From Phycisphaerae bacterium (lineage in GTDB: Bacteria; Planctomycetota; Phycisphaerae; UBA1845; Fen-1342), in assembly GCA_963675745.2 (NCBI GenBank), contig CAXXWX010000023.1, forward strand, positions 64,001 through 128,000: a DNA stretch of 64,000 nt. Direction: 5' to 3'. The position numbers and the translations under genes are program-made. The notes under the pieces are model-generated. The model was not told where the DNA came from and searched no databases. It saw only the letters and a program-made list of their open reading frames with translations. Positions 10,315-19,600 of this stretch are shown here, in pieces; the first letter of the stretch is position 1, and each line of letters begins with the position of its first letter.

Positions 10315-10396
10315 TGTAACGGCCTGCGCCCCGCAGGCTGCATAACGCAAACAACGCCATCACCCACGAACGGCCGGCGAAGCCCCGGCCGCTACA
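10315..10396. repeat. 82-nt REPIN-like doublet of inverted palindromic units
   Basis: TGTAACGGCCTGCGCCCCGCAGGC...CGGCCGGCGAAGCCCCGGCCGCTACA; homologue at 57150-57231 and a half unit at 4702-4727. Confidence 0.75.
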
Positions 10397-10471
10397 AATC
10401 GCGTGTGCTCTAACCCCGTCGAGGACGCCGACCGCTACGCGCTGAGCGCGTAGCGTGGCGGCCCCCCAACA

Positions 10472-10903
10472 CTACTCGTCGTCGTCATCCTTGTCCTCAA
10501 AGATGAACTCGACGCCGATCAGATAGCCGACCGACGCCTGCGTGCAGTGGCGTGTGTGGGCGTGCCCATAGCAGCTCAGCATCGGCTGGTGCAGTGCAAA
10601 CGAAATCTTGATGCCGGCCGGAATCGGACGACGCGTGCGCATGGCAAGTCCATCACGACTCAGATTGTGCAGCGTCGCCAGCACGTGCCGGTCACCGTAA
10701 CACTCCTCCGGCAGCCACACCTCGACCGTGCCGGCAAATGGCCAGCGTTCAGCCCGCCGGTTCTCACGCGGCACATCTTTGGCAACGGCCTTTGTGGCGT
10801 TCGCTTCCAACAGCGCCATAACGACGTCGGGGGAAAGCGCGACAATCTCATCGGCGTCCATCTGCGGCATCCCATGTGGGTCGGTGCGATCCATGGCTGA
10901 CAT
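10472..10903 (-). CDS. PilZ-domain protein
   Basis: ENRRAERW (RxxxR) and NLSRDG (D/NxSxxG) motifs; IGVEF. Confidence 0.8.
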   Translation of the reverse strand: MSAMDRTDPHGMPQMDADEIVALSPDVVMALLEANATKAVAKDVPRENRRAERWPFAGTVEVWLPEECYGDRHVLATLHNLSRDGLAMRTRRPIPAGIKISFALHQPMLSCYGHAHTRHCTQASVGYLIGVEFIFEDKDDDDE

Positions 10904-11247
10904 CTCCTTCGAGCTCCTGAGATAAATCGGCCAGATCGGGCCTCGGCATCAGTGTCGTCGCAAAGGGCGCCACCGCTGTCACACCAGAGCATCGCGGCCG
11001 GCTGGCGCGCATTATCGGGCTGCTCCCAAGCGCTCCGCAGCGCGATTGACGCCAAACGACTTTCAGGCGCGGCCAAGTCATTTGAATACTTCTCATAGCC
11101 CTTTGTTTCAGCCGCTCGCGGACAGCGCGTGCGAGACCGCCGACGGCCTGCGCCACCCGTGCCGACCGTTCCCACGACGTGGGAGTCTTGCCAGGCTGCC
11201 CCGAGGCGTTGTGGTACCGGCCCGCACTCCCTCGGGGAGGGCGGCAC

Positions 11248-12462
11248 GTGCGAATCACAGCTTCCATTGCACTACTGAGCGGTGTTCTCGGCGCACTCGT
11301 CGGGTGCGCTCCCATTGATTTATCCGATGGCGGTCTGCTCGGCGACCTGTCGCTGGCCAACGACCCGCTCGGCCTTGCCGGGCTTGTGTCACCGTCGCTC
11401 GCATCAAGTCGGCGGCCAACGCTCGAAGGCGACACGCTGGTCAGCGGTGCCCTGGATGTCGGCGACTATGCCGTCTACTCGCTCGGCCCGGCGCAGGCCG
11501 GTCAACTGTGGTCCATTTCCCGACGCGACCTCAACCTGAGCACGTTCGTAGTCGTCTTGTTCAATCAGGACTACGAACTGCTGTATCGGTCGATTACCCA
11601 GTATGACGACGCATTCGAACACGTCATGCGCGAGGACACCGGCGACCTGTTGGTGGGCATCGCGCCGGCCGTCTCCAGCAGCGGTGGCTCGTTTGAGCTG
11701 CACACCGGAACTGTGGGCGAGGCCGACGTGCCGGCCCCTCGTCGCCAGTTGGTGTACCTCGACTATCGAGCGGCCGATAACCTCGCGATAAACAACCGCA
11801 CCGGGATCAGTTTTGACGCGTTCGACTCGGCCTACCTCGGCGACAGCTATGTGGGCCAGACCGCCGAATTCAAGGCGCTGATTCTGGAAGAAATGCAGCG
11901 CGATTACGCCGCCTTCGACGTGGATTTCGTGTCCTCGGATGACGGACCACCGCCGGCGGAGGCTCATTCGGTGGTGCATTTTGGCGGCAACGGCAACGGG
12001 CTGCTCGGGCTGGCCGATAACGTTGACAACTACAATGCCGATGAAAGCCAGCGCGCGATAGTCTTTGTGAACACGTTCTCGATCTACTGGACGATGCAAT
12101 TGACCACCGCCGAAATGGCCCAGATGATCGCAAATACCGCCAGCCACGAGCTTGGACACCTACTGGGCCTCTATCATGTAGCAGACCCCGACGAACTCAT
12201 GGACACGACCGCCGGGGCGTGGGAAATGGTCGAGGACCAGGCCTTTGGCGGGCCGGCCGCGTTGGAGCAGCGCGTGTTTCCGGTCGGCACCGAGAACAGC
12301 ATCGCGCTGCTGGAACAGATTGTCGGCCAGCGGCCCGGCGGACCATTGCCGCTTGCCAAGGACGATGGCTTGCGTAAGCCCGTCAGCCGCGCCAAGATTC
12401 GCATGCTGGCCAAACAGGAGTTGTCGCTGCGGTGTGGTAATTGCGCGAATCCGGATCGCTGA
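11248..12462 (+). CDS. Lipoprotein, metzincin (matrixin-like) zinc metallopeptidase with PPC-like domain
   Basis: GTG start after GGGAGG; lipobox LVGC; HELGHLLGLYH followed by Met-turn LM. Confidence 0.8.
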   Translation: MRITASIALLSGVLGALVGCAPIDLSDGGLLGDLSLANDPLGLAGLVSPSLASSRRPTLEGDTLVSGALDVGDYAVYSLGPAQAGQLWSISRRDLNLSTFVVVLFNQDYELLYRSITQYDDAFEHVMREDTGDLLVGIAPAVSSSGGSFELHTGTVGEADVPAPRRQLVYLDYRAADNLAINNRTGISFDAFDSAYLGDSYVGQTAEFKALILEEMQRDYAAFDVDFVSSDDGPPPAEAHSVVHFGGNGNGLLGLADNVDNYNADESQRAIVFVNTFSIYWTMQLTTAEMAQMIANTASHELGHLLGLYHVADPDELMDTTAGAWEMVEDQAFGGPAALEQRVFPVGTENSIALLEQIVGQRPGGPLPLAKDDGLRKPVSRAKIRMLAKQELSLRCGNCANPDR

Positions 12463-12508
12463 CGCCGCCCCAACGCCGCACAGCCAAAAAGTCCCAGGGA
12501 GGGACATC

Positions 12509-13600
12509 TTGAAACGCACACTGCCCTTTGTGATTGCGATGCTGGCGCTGCTGCCGGCGCTCACCGGTTGCCCGACACCTTTCGATCCGACGGGCGCTGA
12601 CACGCCATATCTCGACGAAGCCAACAACGGCACGTTCAAGGACGCGACGGCGTTACCCTTGTCCGATACCCGGTCCCTGCGCTTCCGCGGCGAGATCTCG
12701 GCGGAGGGCGACGTGGACGTGTATGATCTCGGCACCCTGGCGGTCGGTGATCGCGTGACTGTCGATGTGCAGGCGGTGGGTAACGTGCTGGATCCCATCA
12801 TGGCCATCTTTGACGCCGACGAAAACCTCCAGGCGCTCAATGATGACCGGGTCGCCGACGGCACCGATCTGAATCCGTATCTGGATTTCGTGATACGCGG
12901 AAAGGGCGGCGCGTACTTTCTGGCGATCGCCGCCTTCCCCAGTAGCCGCACGACCGGATCGTACGAAGTCGGCGTTGAGATCGACGTTGACGCCGCTGTG
13001 GCGCTGCCCGAGCCGGCGGTAGTCTTTTTCGACTGGGACGGGGGCAACGTGAGCAATCCGTCGCTCGGCCAGTATTCGCTGGTGCCGTTTGACGCCGCCC
13101 AGGTCGGTCTCAGCTCCTCAGATACCGAAGAGCTCAAGGACCGGGTCCAGGACGTCGTCGCCGATCGTTACAGCGCCTACAACTTCCTGCTGTACAACTC
13201 TGACGACGACGATGTGCCCGCCGTGCCGCACGCCACGATTTACTTCGGCGGCAACAGCCACTACGCGTTTGCGCTGTCCGAACACATCGACGTGATGAAC
13301 GCGCAGAAGGAAGATGTTGCGATTGTCTTCACGCGCGCGTTTGATGGCGCGTTCATCAGAGACCTGACGCTGGCGGAGATGGGGACGGCGATGGGCAACA
13401 CGGTAGCCCACGAGATCGGCCACCTGATGGGGCTGGTACACACCAGCGACTGCCTGGCGCTGATGGACTCAACGTGCAGCAACGAGTCACTGCTGCTCAA
13501 TCAGCAATTCAAGCGCGCCCCAATCGACGACGGCACGTTCCCGATCGGCTGGCAAGACGCCGCCGAACTGCTCGGCTGGATGCTGGGTCTGTCTTCGTAA
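12509..13600 (+). CDS. Lipoprotein, metzincin zinc metallopeptidase with PPC domain (tandem paralogue)
   Basis: TTG start after GGAGG; lipobox LTGC; GDVDVY..LDP..NDD; HEIGHLMGLVH. Confidence 0.82.
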   Translation: MKRTLPFVIAMLALLPALTGCPTPFDPTGADTPYLDEANNGTFKDATALPLSDTRSLRFRGEISAEGDVDVYDLGTLAVGDRVTVDVQAVGNVLDPIMAIFDADENLQALNDDRVADGTDLNPYLDFVIRGKGGAYFLAIAAFPSSRTTGSYEVGVEIDVDAAVALPEPAVVFFDWDGGNVSNPSLGQYSLVPFDAAQVGLSSSDTEELKDRVQDVVADRYSAYNFLLYNSDDDDVPAVPHATIYFGGNSHYAFALSEHIDVMNAQKEDVAIVFTRAFDGAFIRDLTLAEMGTAMGNTVAHEIGHLMGLVHTSDCLALMDSTCSNESLLLNQQFKRAPIDDGTFPIGWQDAAELLGWMLGLSS

Positions 13601-13696
13601 CACGCGTTTGTCCGCATGCTTCAACGTCCACGGGAACCTTGAGTCAGTGGGTCGGCCAAAAGACCCGCGGGCTTCAGCCCGCGCGGTGCCGATGTA

Positions 13697-13888
13697 TTGG
13701 AAGGGGTCGGTGGGATAGGGGAACTCCTGATCGTCAGCGACCCGAACGACCCCAATGACTCCTACGACCCACATGGCGGCGGCGTCATCTTCCACGACAC
13801 GAATGGCAACGTTTGCCAGCTATTCGGCCCACGAAAAACGTTGGCCATCCCGCGTTTGACCGGGCCCGGGCCGCGCGTGTTGAAATGA
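13697..13888 (+). pseudogene. Possible RHS-core fragment
   Basis: GVGGIGELLIVSD...FHDTNGNVCQL resembles the GGVGGLL..YDxNGNV segment of RHS proteins. Confidence 0.35.
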
Positions 13889-13897
13889 GGTGAGAAT

Positions 13898-14176
13898 ATG
13901 TTTGCCAGTGTATGGCCGCTCGCGGTACTGCTCATAACAGACGCCATTGGCATCTGCTGGGTAGCTTCGCTGATCTTGGCCAACCAAGTAGTTGAAGGCG
14001 CGTATCTTGCTTGGGGGCTTGTGATACTGCAAATACCATTCTGCCTGCGAGGTGTCATCGCGTCCTGCAAAGCCAGACTCTTCTGGCTCACTCTCGTATA
14101 CATCGGGCATGCAGCGTTTTCGATCGTGCTTGGCATCTTCGCCAGCCAGCGACATGACCTAGCCAGGTTCCTCTAG
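13898..14176 (+). CDS. Small three-TM hypothetical membrane protein
   Basis: 92 aa, hydrophobic, GAGG RBS, visibly lower GC than flanks. Confidence 0.55.
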   Translation: MFASVWPLAVLLITDAIGICWVASLILANQVVEGAYLAWGLVILQIPFCLRGVIASCKARLFWLTLVYIGHAAFSIVLGIFASQRHDLARFL

Positions 14177-14308
14177 TGCGAGAACCGGCTGGTCACCGTG
14201 CGGCTGATCGCAGGTTCATCCGCAACGGTTGATCGTCGGCGTAATCCAAATGGTCCCCGGCATTCGACGGCTGACGGGAACATCGGCCGCTACCTGGGAT
14301 GCGGGTCG

Positions 14309-15118
14309 TTATCCCGGAAGCGCCTCGGCCAGCTCGTCGATGAACGCGCATACGCTGTCCGCGATCGCCGTTGCATCGTCGCCGCGCGACACGCCGTCGT
14401 TCATTCGACGGACGATGGCGCTGCCGACTATGACGCCATCGGCCGCCTGGCAGACGGCGGCGACCTGGTCCGGGCGGGCGATGCCGAAGCCGACGCAGAT
14501 GGGCTTGTCGGTTTCCGCGCGCAGCTCCTCGAGGTGTTGCCGCAGATCGTCGGGCAGCGCCGCCCGCTCGCCGGTCACGCCCGTGAGCGACTGGTAATAG
14601 ACCCACGGCTCCGACAGGGCGGCGATGCGCCGGCGGCGGCTTTCGTCGCTCGTCGGCGCGATCATCATCGCCAGCGGAAAATCGTGCTTTCTCCCCAGGG
14701 TGACCAGCTCATCCGCTTCTTCCAACGCCAGGTCAGGCACGATCATGCCATCAATGCCGGCGGCCCGGGCGGACTCTATAAAGCGGGCCGGCTGCTGGCG
14801 ATAGACGACCGAATAGCTCACCATCACCATCAGCGGCACGCGTATCTCGCCGCGGGCCGACTTCAACGCCGACAGCAGCGGCGCCAGGCGAAAGCCCGCA
14901 TCCAGCGCGTGCGAGAACGAAGTCTGAATCACGGGCCCGTCGGCGATCGGGTCGGAAAACGGTATGCCCAACTCGGCACAACCGATCCGCCGCGGATCAA
15001 GCCGCTTTAATATCTCGACGGTGGTCGCCACGTCGGGATAGCCGCCGGTGATATAGGGAATCAGCGTGTGCCCGCCGCCGGCCTTCAACCCGTCAAATGC
15101 CTGTCTCAGTCGATTCAT
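14309..15118 (-). CDS. trpA: Tryptophan synthase alpha chain
   Basis: LIPYITGGYP, ELGIPFSDPIADGPVIQ, GVTG, VGFGI, ADGVIVGSA. Confidence 0.97.
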   Translation of the reverse strand: MNRLRQAFDGLKAGGGHTLIPYITGGYPDVATTVEILKRLDPRRIGCAELGIPFSDPIADGPVIQTSFSHALDAGFRLAPLLSALKSARGEIRVPLMVMVSYSVVYRQQPARFIESARAAGIDGMIVPDLALEEADELVTLGRKHDFPLAMMIAPTSDESRRRRIAALSEPWVYYQSLTGVTGERAALPDDLRQHLEELRAETDKPICVGFGIARPDQVAAVCQAADGVIVGSAIVRRMNDGVSRGDDATAIADSVCAFIDELAEALPG

Positions 15119-15467
15119 GGTGGTTCGTATCGTATGCGGCCGCGAGTCCGGCGACAACGGCGAACCGGCGGGGACCACGTGCTATCGTTGCGTCCGCCCC
15201 CGAGCCGGACGTCGTGTGCACGCCGGTGGCGCTGACCGGTAATCAACCGGTGCCACATGATACCGGCAGAATCGAGTTCGCCGGCGCGGATCGGCTGCAG
15301 CCGGCCGGTCCTTGCCACCGGTTTCAGCGGGCGGTGCCGGTTTACCATCACCACTCGGGCCGGCTTCTCGCTGCGCCGTTCGAAGCCCGGCTGAAGCCGG
15401 CTGCGTGGGGATGGGAATCCGAGTAAGCCCTCGTCCACCAACTGAAGTTGGTGGCAAGTGCTGGTCG

Positions 15468-15616
15468 GCTGAAGCCGACCGACGGGGGCGACGCGTCAAC
15501 TCACAAGCGACAACGACCTGAATATGCCCATCTGCTGAAGCCGACCGACGGACCGACGTGTCAGCTCACAGACGTCAACAATCTGAATGTGTGCAGTTGC
15601 TGGAGCCGACCGCCGG
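15468..15616. repeat. Degenerate ~66-nt tandem repeat (about 2.3 units) in a palindrome-rich intergenic region
   Basis: GCTG(A/G)AGCCGACCG at 15468, 15534 and 15599; whole units are similar. Confidence 0.75.
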
Positions 15617-15818
15617 CGCACCGCGGACGCGAACAGCGCGCGGCGGTGCCGGTTTACGCCAGCCTTACCAGATCGTAAACTAGCGTCTGGTCGCAAACGC
15701 GTGTCGGCGCACTGCCGGCGGGCGTTACCGAGCGGCCGCCCGCACCCGCGCTGAATGCGGGTTCTGGGTGTTTGACAAGTGAATGGGCCCATAGCTCAGT
15801 TGGTTAGAGCAGCCGACT

Positions 15819-16194
15819 TAACGCGTCGCCGGCGCTAAAACACTCCCGCGTCTTTCAGATGCACTCACAAGCGGGCGTGTCATGCTCGACGGCGCAGGGT
15901 CTTTCCGGCGGGAACGTCGGATTAGCAGGTTGTCAAAGTCGGGGAAAGCTAAGGGCGGAAACGCCTATGCCAATCCCGAGCCAAGCAGGAGATGAGAAGC
16001 GAATGAAGAATGCGGAATGATGAATGCAGAAGGCCGGCGACGCGTGCCGATCCATGAATCGCCAACCCTATTCTGCATTTCGCATTCACCATTCTGCATT
16101 CTCCGTCTCCGGGCGTGTGTAGAGACTGGACGGCAACCCACCCAGGCCGGGTGAAGGGACAGTCCGAGCCCACGGGAAACCGTGGAACAAGTCG
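15819..16194 (+). ncRNA. Group I self-splicing intron (376 nt, no ORF)
   Basis: 5' exon ends in U, intron ends in G; IGS GGUC 15898-15901; P3 GGTTGTC/GGCAACC; P AAAGTCGGGGAA, Q AATCCCGAGC, R GTAGAGACT, S AAGGGACAGTCC; GNRA-capped P2, P5 and P9. Confidence 0.92.
16001..16102. repeat. GAATGNN heptamer inverted-repeat hairpin inside the intron
   Basis: GAATGAA GAATGCG GAATGAT GAATGCA GAA ... TTC TGCATTT CGCATTC ACCATTC TGCATTC. Confidence 0.9.
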
Positions 16195-16531
16195 CATAAT
16201 CGGCTGGTCGCAGGTTCGAGTCCTGCTGGGCCCAATAACCACATCTTCAACGCAGACCACTTCCTCGATCAATCTCCGCGCCAAATGGACGGGAGGCCGA
16301 CACTCTGAGCCAGCGCTGTTGGCCCCGCGCGCACTAACCGACCGAAGTCGGGCCGGCCGGCCGATACGGCGATGGCGGGCCGGTTCGAGCTAACGCGTTT
16401 TACCTCATAGCGCAGCGGCCGACCCCCGAGTCGGCCGTGACCTCGAGAGAGTGCATGCTGGTTGACCACGTCCGACTCTGGGGTCTGACGCTACAGGTAA
16501 ACGTCAATTGCTCTAATGCGTGCGTTCACTC

Positions 16532-16574
16532 AAAACACAGACGACCGCGCCGGGAAGTAACCCGGGCGCGGTCG
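16532..16574 (-). terminator. Probable intrinsic terminator
   Basis: Minus strand CGACCGCGCCCGGG/CCCGGCGCGGTCG stem then TCTGTGTTTT, just after the stop at 16605. Confidence 0.55.
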
Positions 16575-16604
16575 CCGATTCTCGCTCACTCGCGTCGAGC
16601 GATC

Positions 16605-19600
16605 CTAGCTGCTGAGCAGGGCGACAAACGGATCAATGTCGCCGTTGTTGACAAAGCCGTCGTCGTTGATGTCCGCCAGGTTAATGTCGCAGTCCGGATA
16701 CGCCGTGGCGTAGGCGCCCGGGTCCGAGACAGCCAGCACGAACGGATCGATATCGCCGTTGTTGACAAACCCGTCGCAGTTCAAGTCGCCGAGCTCGTAT
16801 TGGGACACCTCACCGAAGGTCAGATTATCGACGGCCAATGAGCCGCCGCCGCCCCAGGTGAACATGCCGTCGGCCATCGAGAGCTGCACCGCAAAGGCGT
16901 CCATTCCGGTCAGGAAGCCCGGCACCGGGCCGACCACGGTCTCGAAACCCTCCGAAACCACCGAGCCGCCCGCGTCGGACACCGAGACATTGTCGAAGTA
17001 CACGGTCGCCCCGGTGCCCCACGTCGGCGTGCGATAGCCGAACACGATGATGGTCGCGATGTAGGTCGGGGAGTTCGGATCGAACCCGCTCTCCGCGCTG
17101 AAGGTGTTCAGCGTGCCGCCGAGGGTATGGAAGCTGCCATCGACCGCCGAGCTGTCCCAGGATATCCGCTTGCCGTACTGGTCCTCGAGCCGGAGCGTGA
17201 TGATGCCGGCCGACTCACCGGCGTTCGGATCCCAGATGCCCTTGCAGTCGGCGGTGAACGACACCTGGTTGAGGTTGCTCAAGTCGAGCGCAAGACCAGG
17301 CCAGGCCACGCCGGCCCAGTACCAGCCGGGCGGCGACTCGATGCCCGTGACGTTGAACATACCGCCGCCACTGCCGCCGACGCCACAGGTGGCGCATCCT
17401 TCGACGGTGGCGGTCTCGATCGACGAGCCCCAGCCGAAGCCGGCGAACGCGGTCTCGCCTTCAAGCCCGATGTCCCAGGACGTGAGCGTGGAACCCCACT
17501 CGGGGTAGAACTGGCCACCCTCCGGCGGCCAGGTGGACTCACCGTCCGCCACCAGCCCGCCCACGGACTGGAAGCTGCCGTCCGCCGTGCCTGTGAAGGC
17601 CACGTGGCCGCCTTCCTTGAGCTTCGGGGTCGGGGATGGTGACAAGTAGACGTCGTCAACCGTCAGCGTGCCGCCCCAATTCCCATAGGCCGAGAACGGC
17701 GGCCCCTCGCCGATGAACATGATGACGATGTTGTAATCCAGGCTCGTATCGATGTCGAACACGCCGTTGCTTCCGTCGACGAAGCCGCTGACAGTGTAGC
17801 CGGACAGCGGACCGCCGATGGACTGCCAGGTGCCGTCGTAAACCTCGTCGAAGCCGATCCAGTCGCCGTCCGGGTCTTCGATCCGCAGGATGTACGTAGC
17901 CGGATCCTGAAGCCACTCCTCGTTCCAGGTGCCCTTGGCCTTTGCGGACAGGGTCACCTCCGACAGATTCGCCGAAGCCAGCGCCTGCTCGCGCCAGACG
18001 GCGCCGGCGTACCAGTAGCCGTCCTCGTCGGGCCAGACGTCGAGCACCTCGATCTGCATGCAGCTCCCGTCGTCGCCGTAGCCGCCGCTGGTCAACGCGC
18101 GTACCCACACGCCGCCGGTGGCGGTCACCACGGCGTCCAGCGTGCCGAAGAACACCTCATCGTTCTCGATCTGCGAATTCCAGTTGACGACGGTGCCGCT
18201 GGTGTCATCGGGACCGGCCACCTCGACTTCGGTATCAGAAGTGATCGCCGAGAAGTCCTCGTCCACGTTGGGGGTGGCTACGTAGCCCTGGAGACGGAGC
18301 TCGTAATTCGCGCCGGCGATGCTGCCTTTCACGTCGGCGGCCAGTGTCAGTTCCCGTGGATCAAGCACGCTGAGCGACGGCACATCCCAGATCAGCGCGC
18401 CGCCATAGTCACTTCCGTCGGGCCGATTGTTGGTGAGCACCACGTTGTCGACTGACAAGGTTCCACCGGTACCCCAGGTCGGAGTGCGATCAGGGTCGAA
18501 CAGCAGGACAACCTTGAAGGTGTCCGAATCCAGATCGAACACGCCGGTAGCGGGCACATCCGACGAGTCCTTTTCGATGGCCTGATCCAGCGTGTCGCCG
18601 ATGGTCTGCCAGGTGCCGTCCGCCGCGCTGATCGACTCAAACACCAGCCGATCGCCATCGCTGTCTTCGATGCGCAACTGGTAGTGGCCGTAGGCCTCGC
18701 CGGCGGGGATGTTGGCATCACCCAGGACGTCGGCGGTCAGGCTGTAGTCACTCAGATCAAAGGCCGGCGGACCGGCAATCACGCCGAACGAAACCGTGTC
18801 GAAGAAGACCGCGCCATTATCAGCATTCGGGCTGACCAGTTGCAGGACCGCCCGCACTGTCAGCGTGCCCGCCGGGGCCGTGAGCTGAATCGGCGTGTTG
18901 TCGAACCACGTGTCCAGCGCCGACGAGCCATCGAGCACCGTGGCGGCGGTGGTGGAAAGCGGTTCGGAGTTGATACCGTCATAGAACTCGATCCGCATTT
19001 CCGCGTAGTTGGTGGTGCCGTCGATTCCGTCGGCGGCGTGGTGCGAACTCCAGCAGTCGAGTTCCCAAGTCTGTCCCGGCTCGGCGCGCAGCGTCTGAGC
19101 AACGCCCGCCGAGTCCATGCCGGGGGCCTGGCCCCAGACCTTCAGATCCTGCACCCCCGCCTGCGGACTGGATGTGACGATGAGCACGCTCGGATAGGAG
19201 CCGCCCGTATCACACCACACATCCCAGCCGGCAACCGTGTCCCACAAGCCCAGCTCGAAGCCCGGATTCTGGAGAGTGCCCGAGCCGCCGGGAAAACCGG
19301 AGAGCGACCACGATAGTCCGGCGAACCAGCTTCCGCTGTTCAATATGACGTCGGTCACGTCGATCTGGCCCGCGCCGGTGCCCCCGACGCCGCCGGCGAG
19401 CAGCCCCTGGGCCGACGCGTCTCCGTCGAGGACCGCGCCGTCGCGTGTGTAGCAGAACGCCGCTTCTTGCTCGATGCCGTCGTCCCAATCAGACGTTGAC
19501 CCGGACACATTCGGCGTGACACCGTCTCCCGCGAGGAAGACGCCGCCGCCGGTGCCGGTCACGTCGGCAAAATCCTGGTCGATCATGTTCAGGGAGTTGA

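Larger units (their letters stand above)
15785..16234 (+). tRNA. tRNA-Ile2 (CAT), intron-containing; exons 15785-15818 and 16195-16234
   Basis: Joined exons give a cloverleaf: acceptor GGGCCCA/TGGGCCC, anticodon arm GCCGA-CTCATAA-TCGGC, GGTTCGAGTCC T-arm; resembles Ile2 rather than fMet; CCA not encoded. Confidence 0.92.

Noticed and set aside
15468..15616. CRISPR-like ~66-nt periodicity
   Set aside because: The putative spacers resemble each other, there are fewer than three full units, and no cas genes are present; it is a tandem duplication.
15819..16194. Homing endonuclease within the intron
   Set aside because: The intron is too short and no LAGLIDADG, HNH or GIY-YIG ORF is present.
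15785..16234. Reading the tRNA as a TTA-anticodon suppressor or as a tRNA disrupted by an integrated element
   Set aside because: Group I core motifs, the terminal G and precise rejoining to a CAT anticodon explain the structure.
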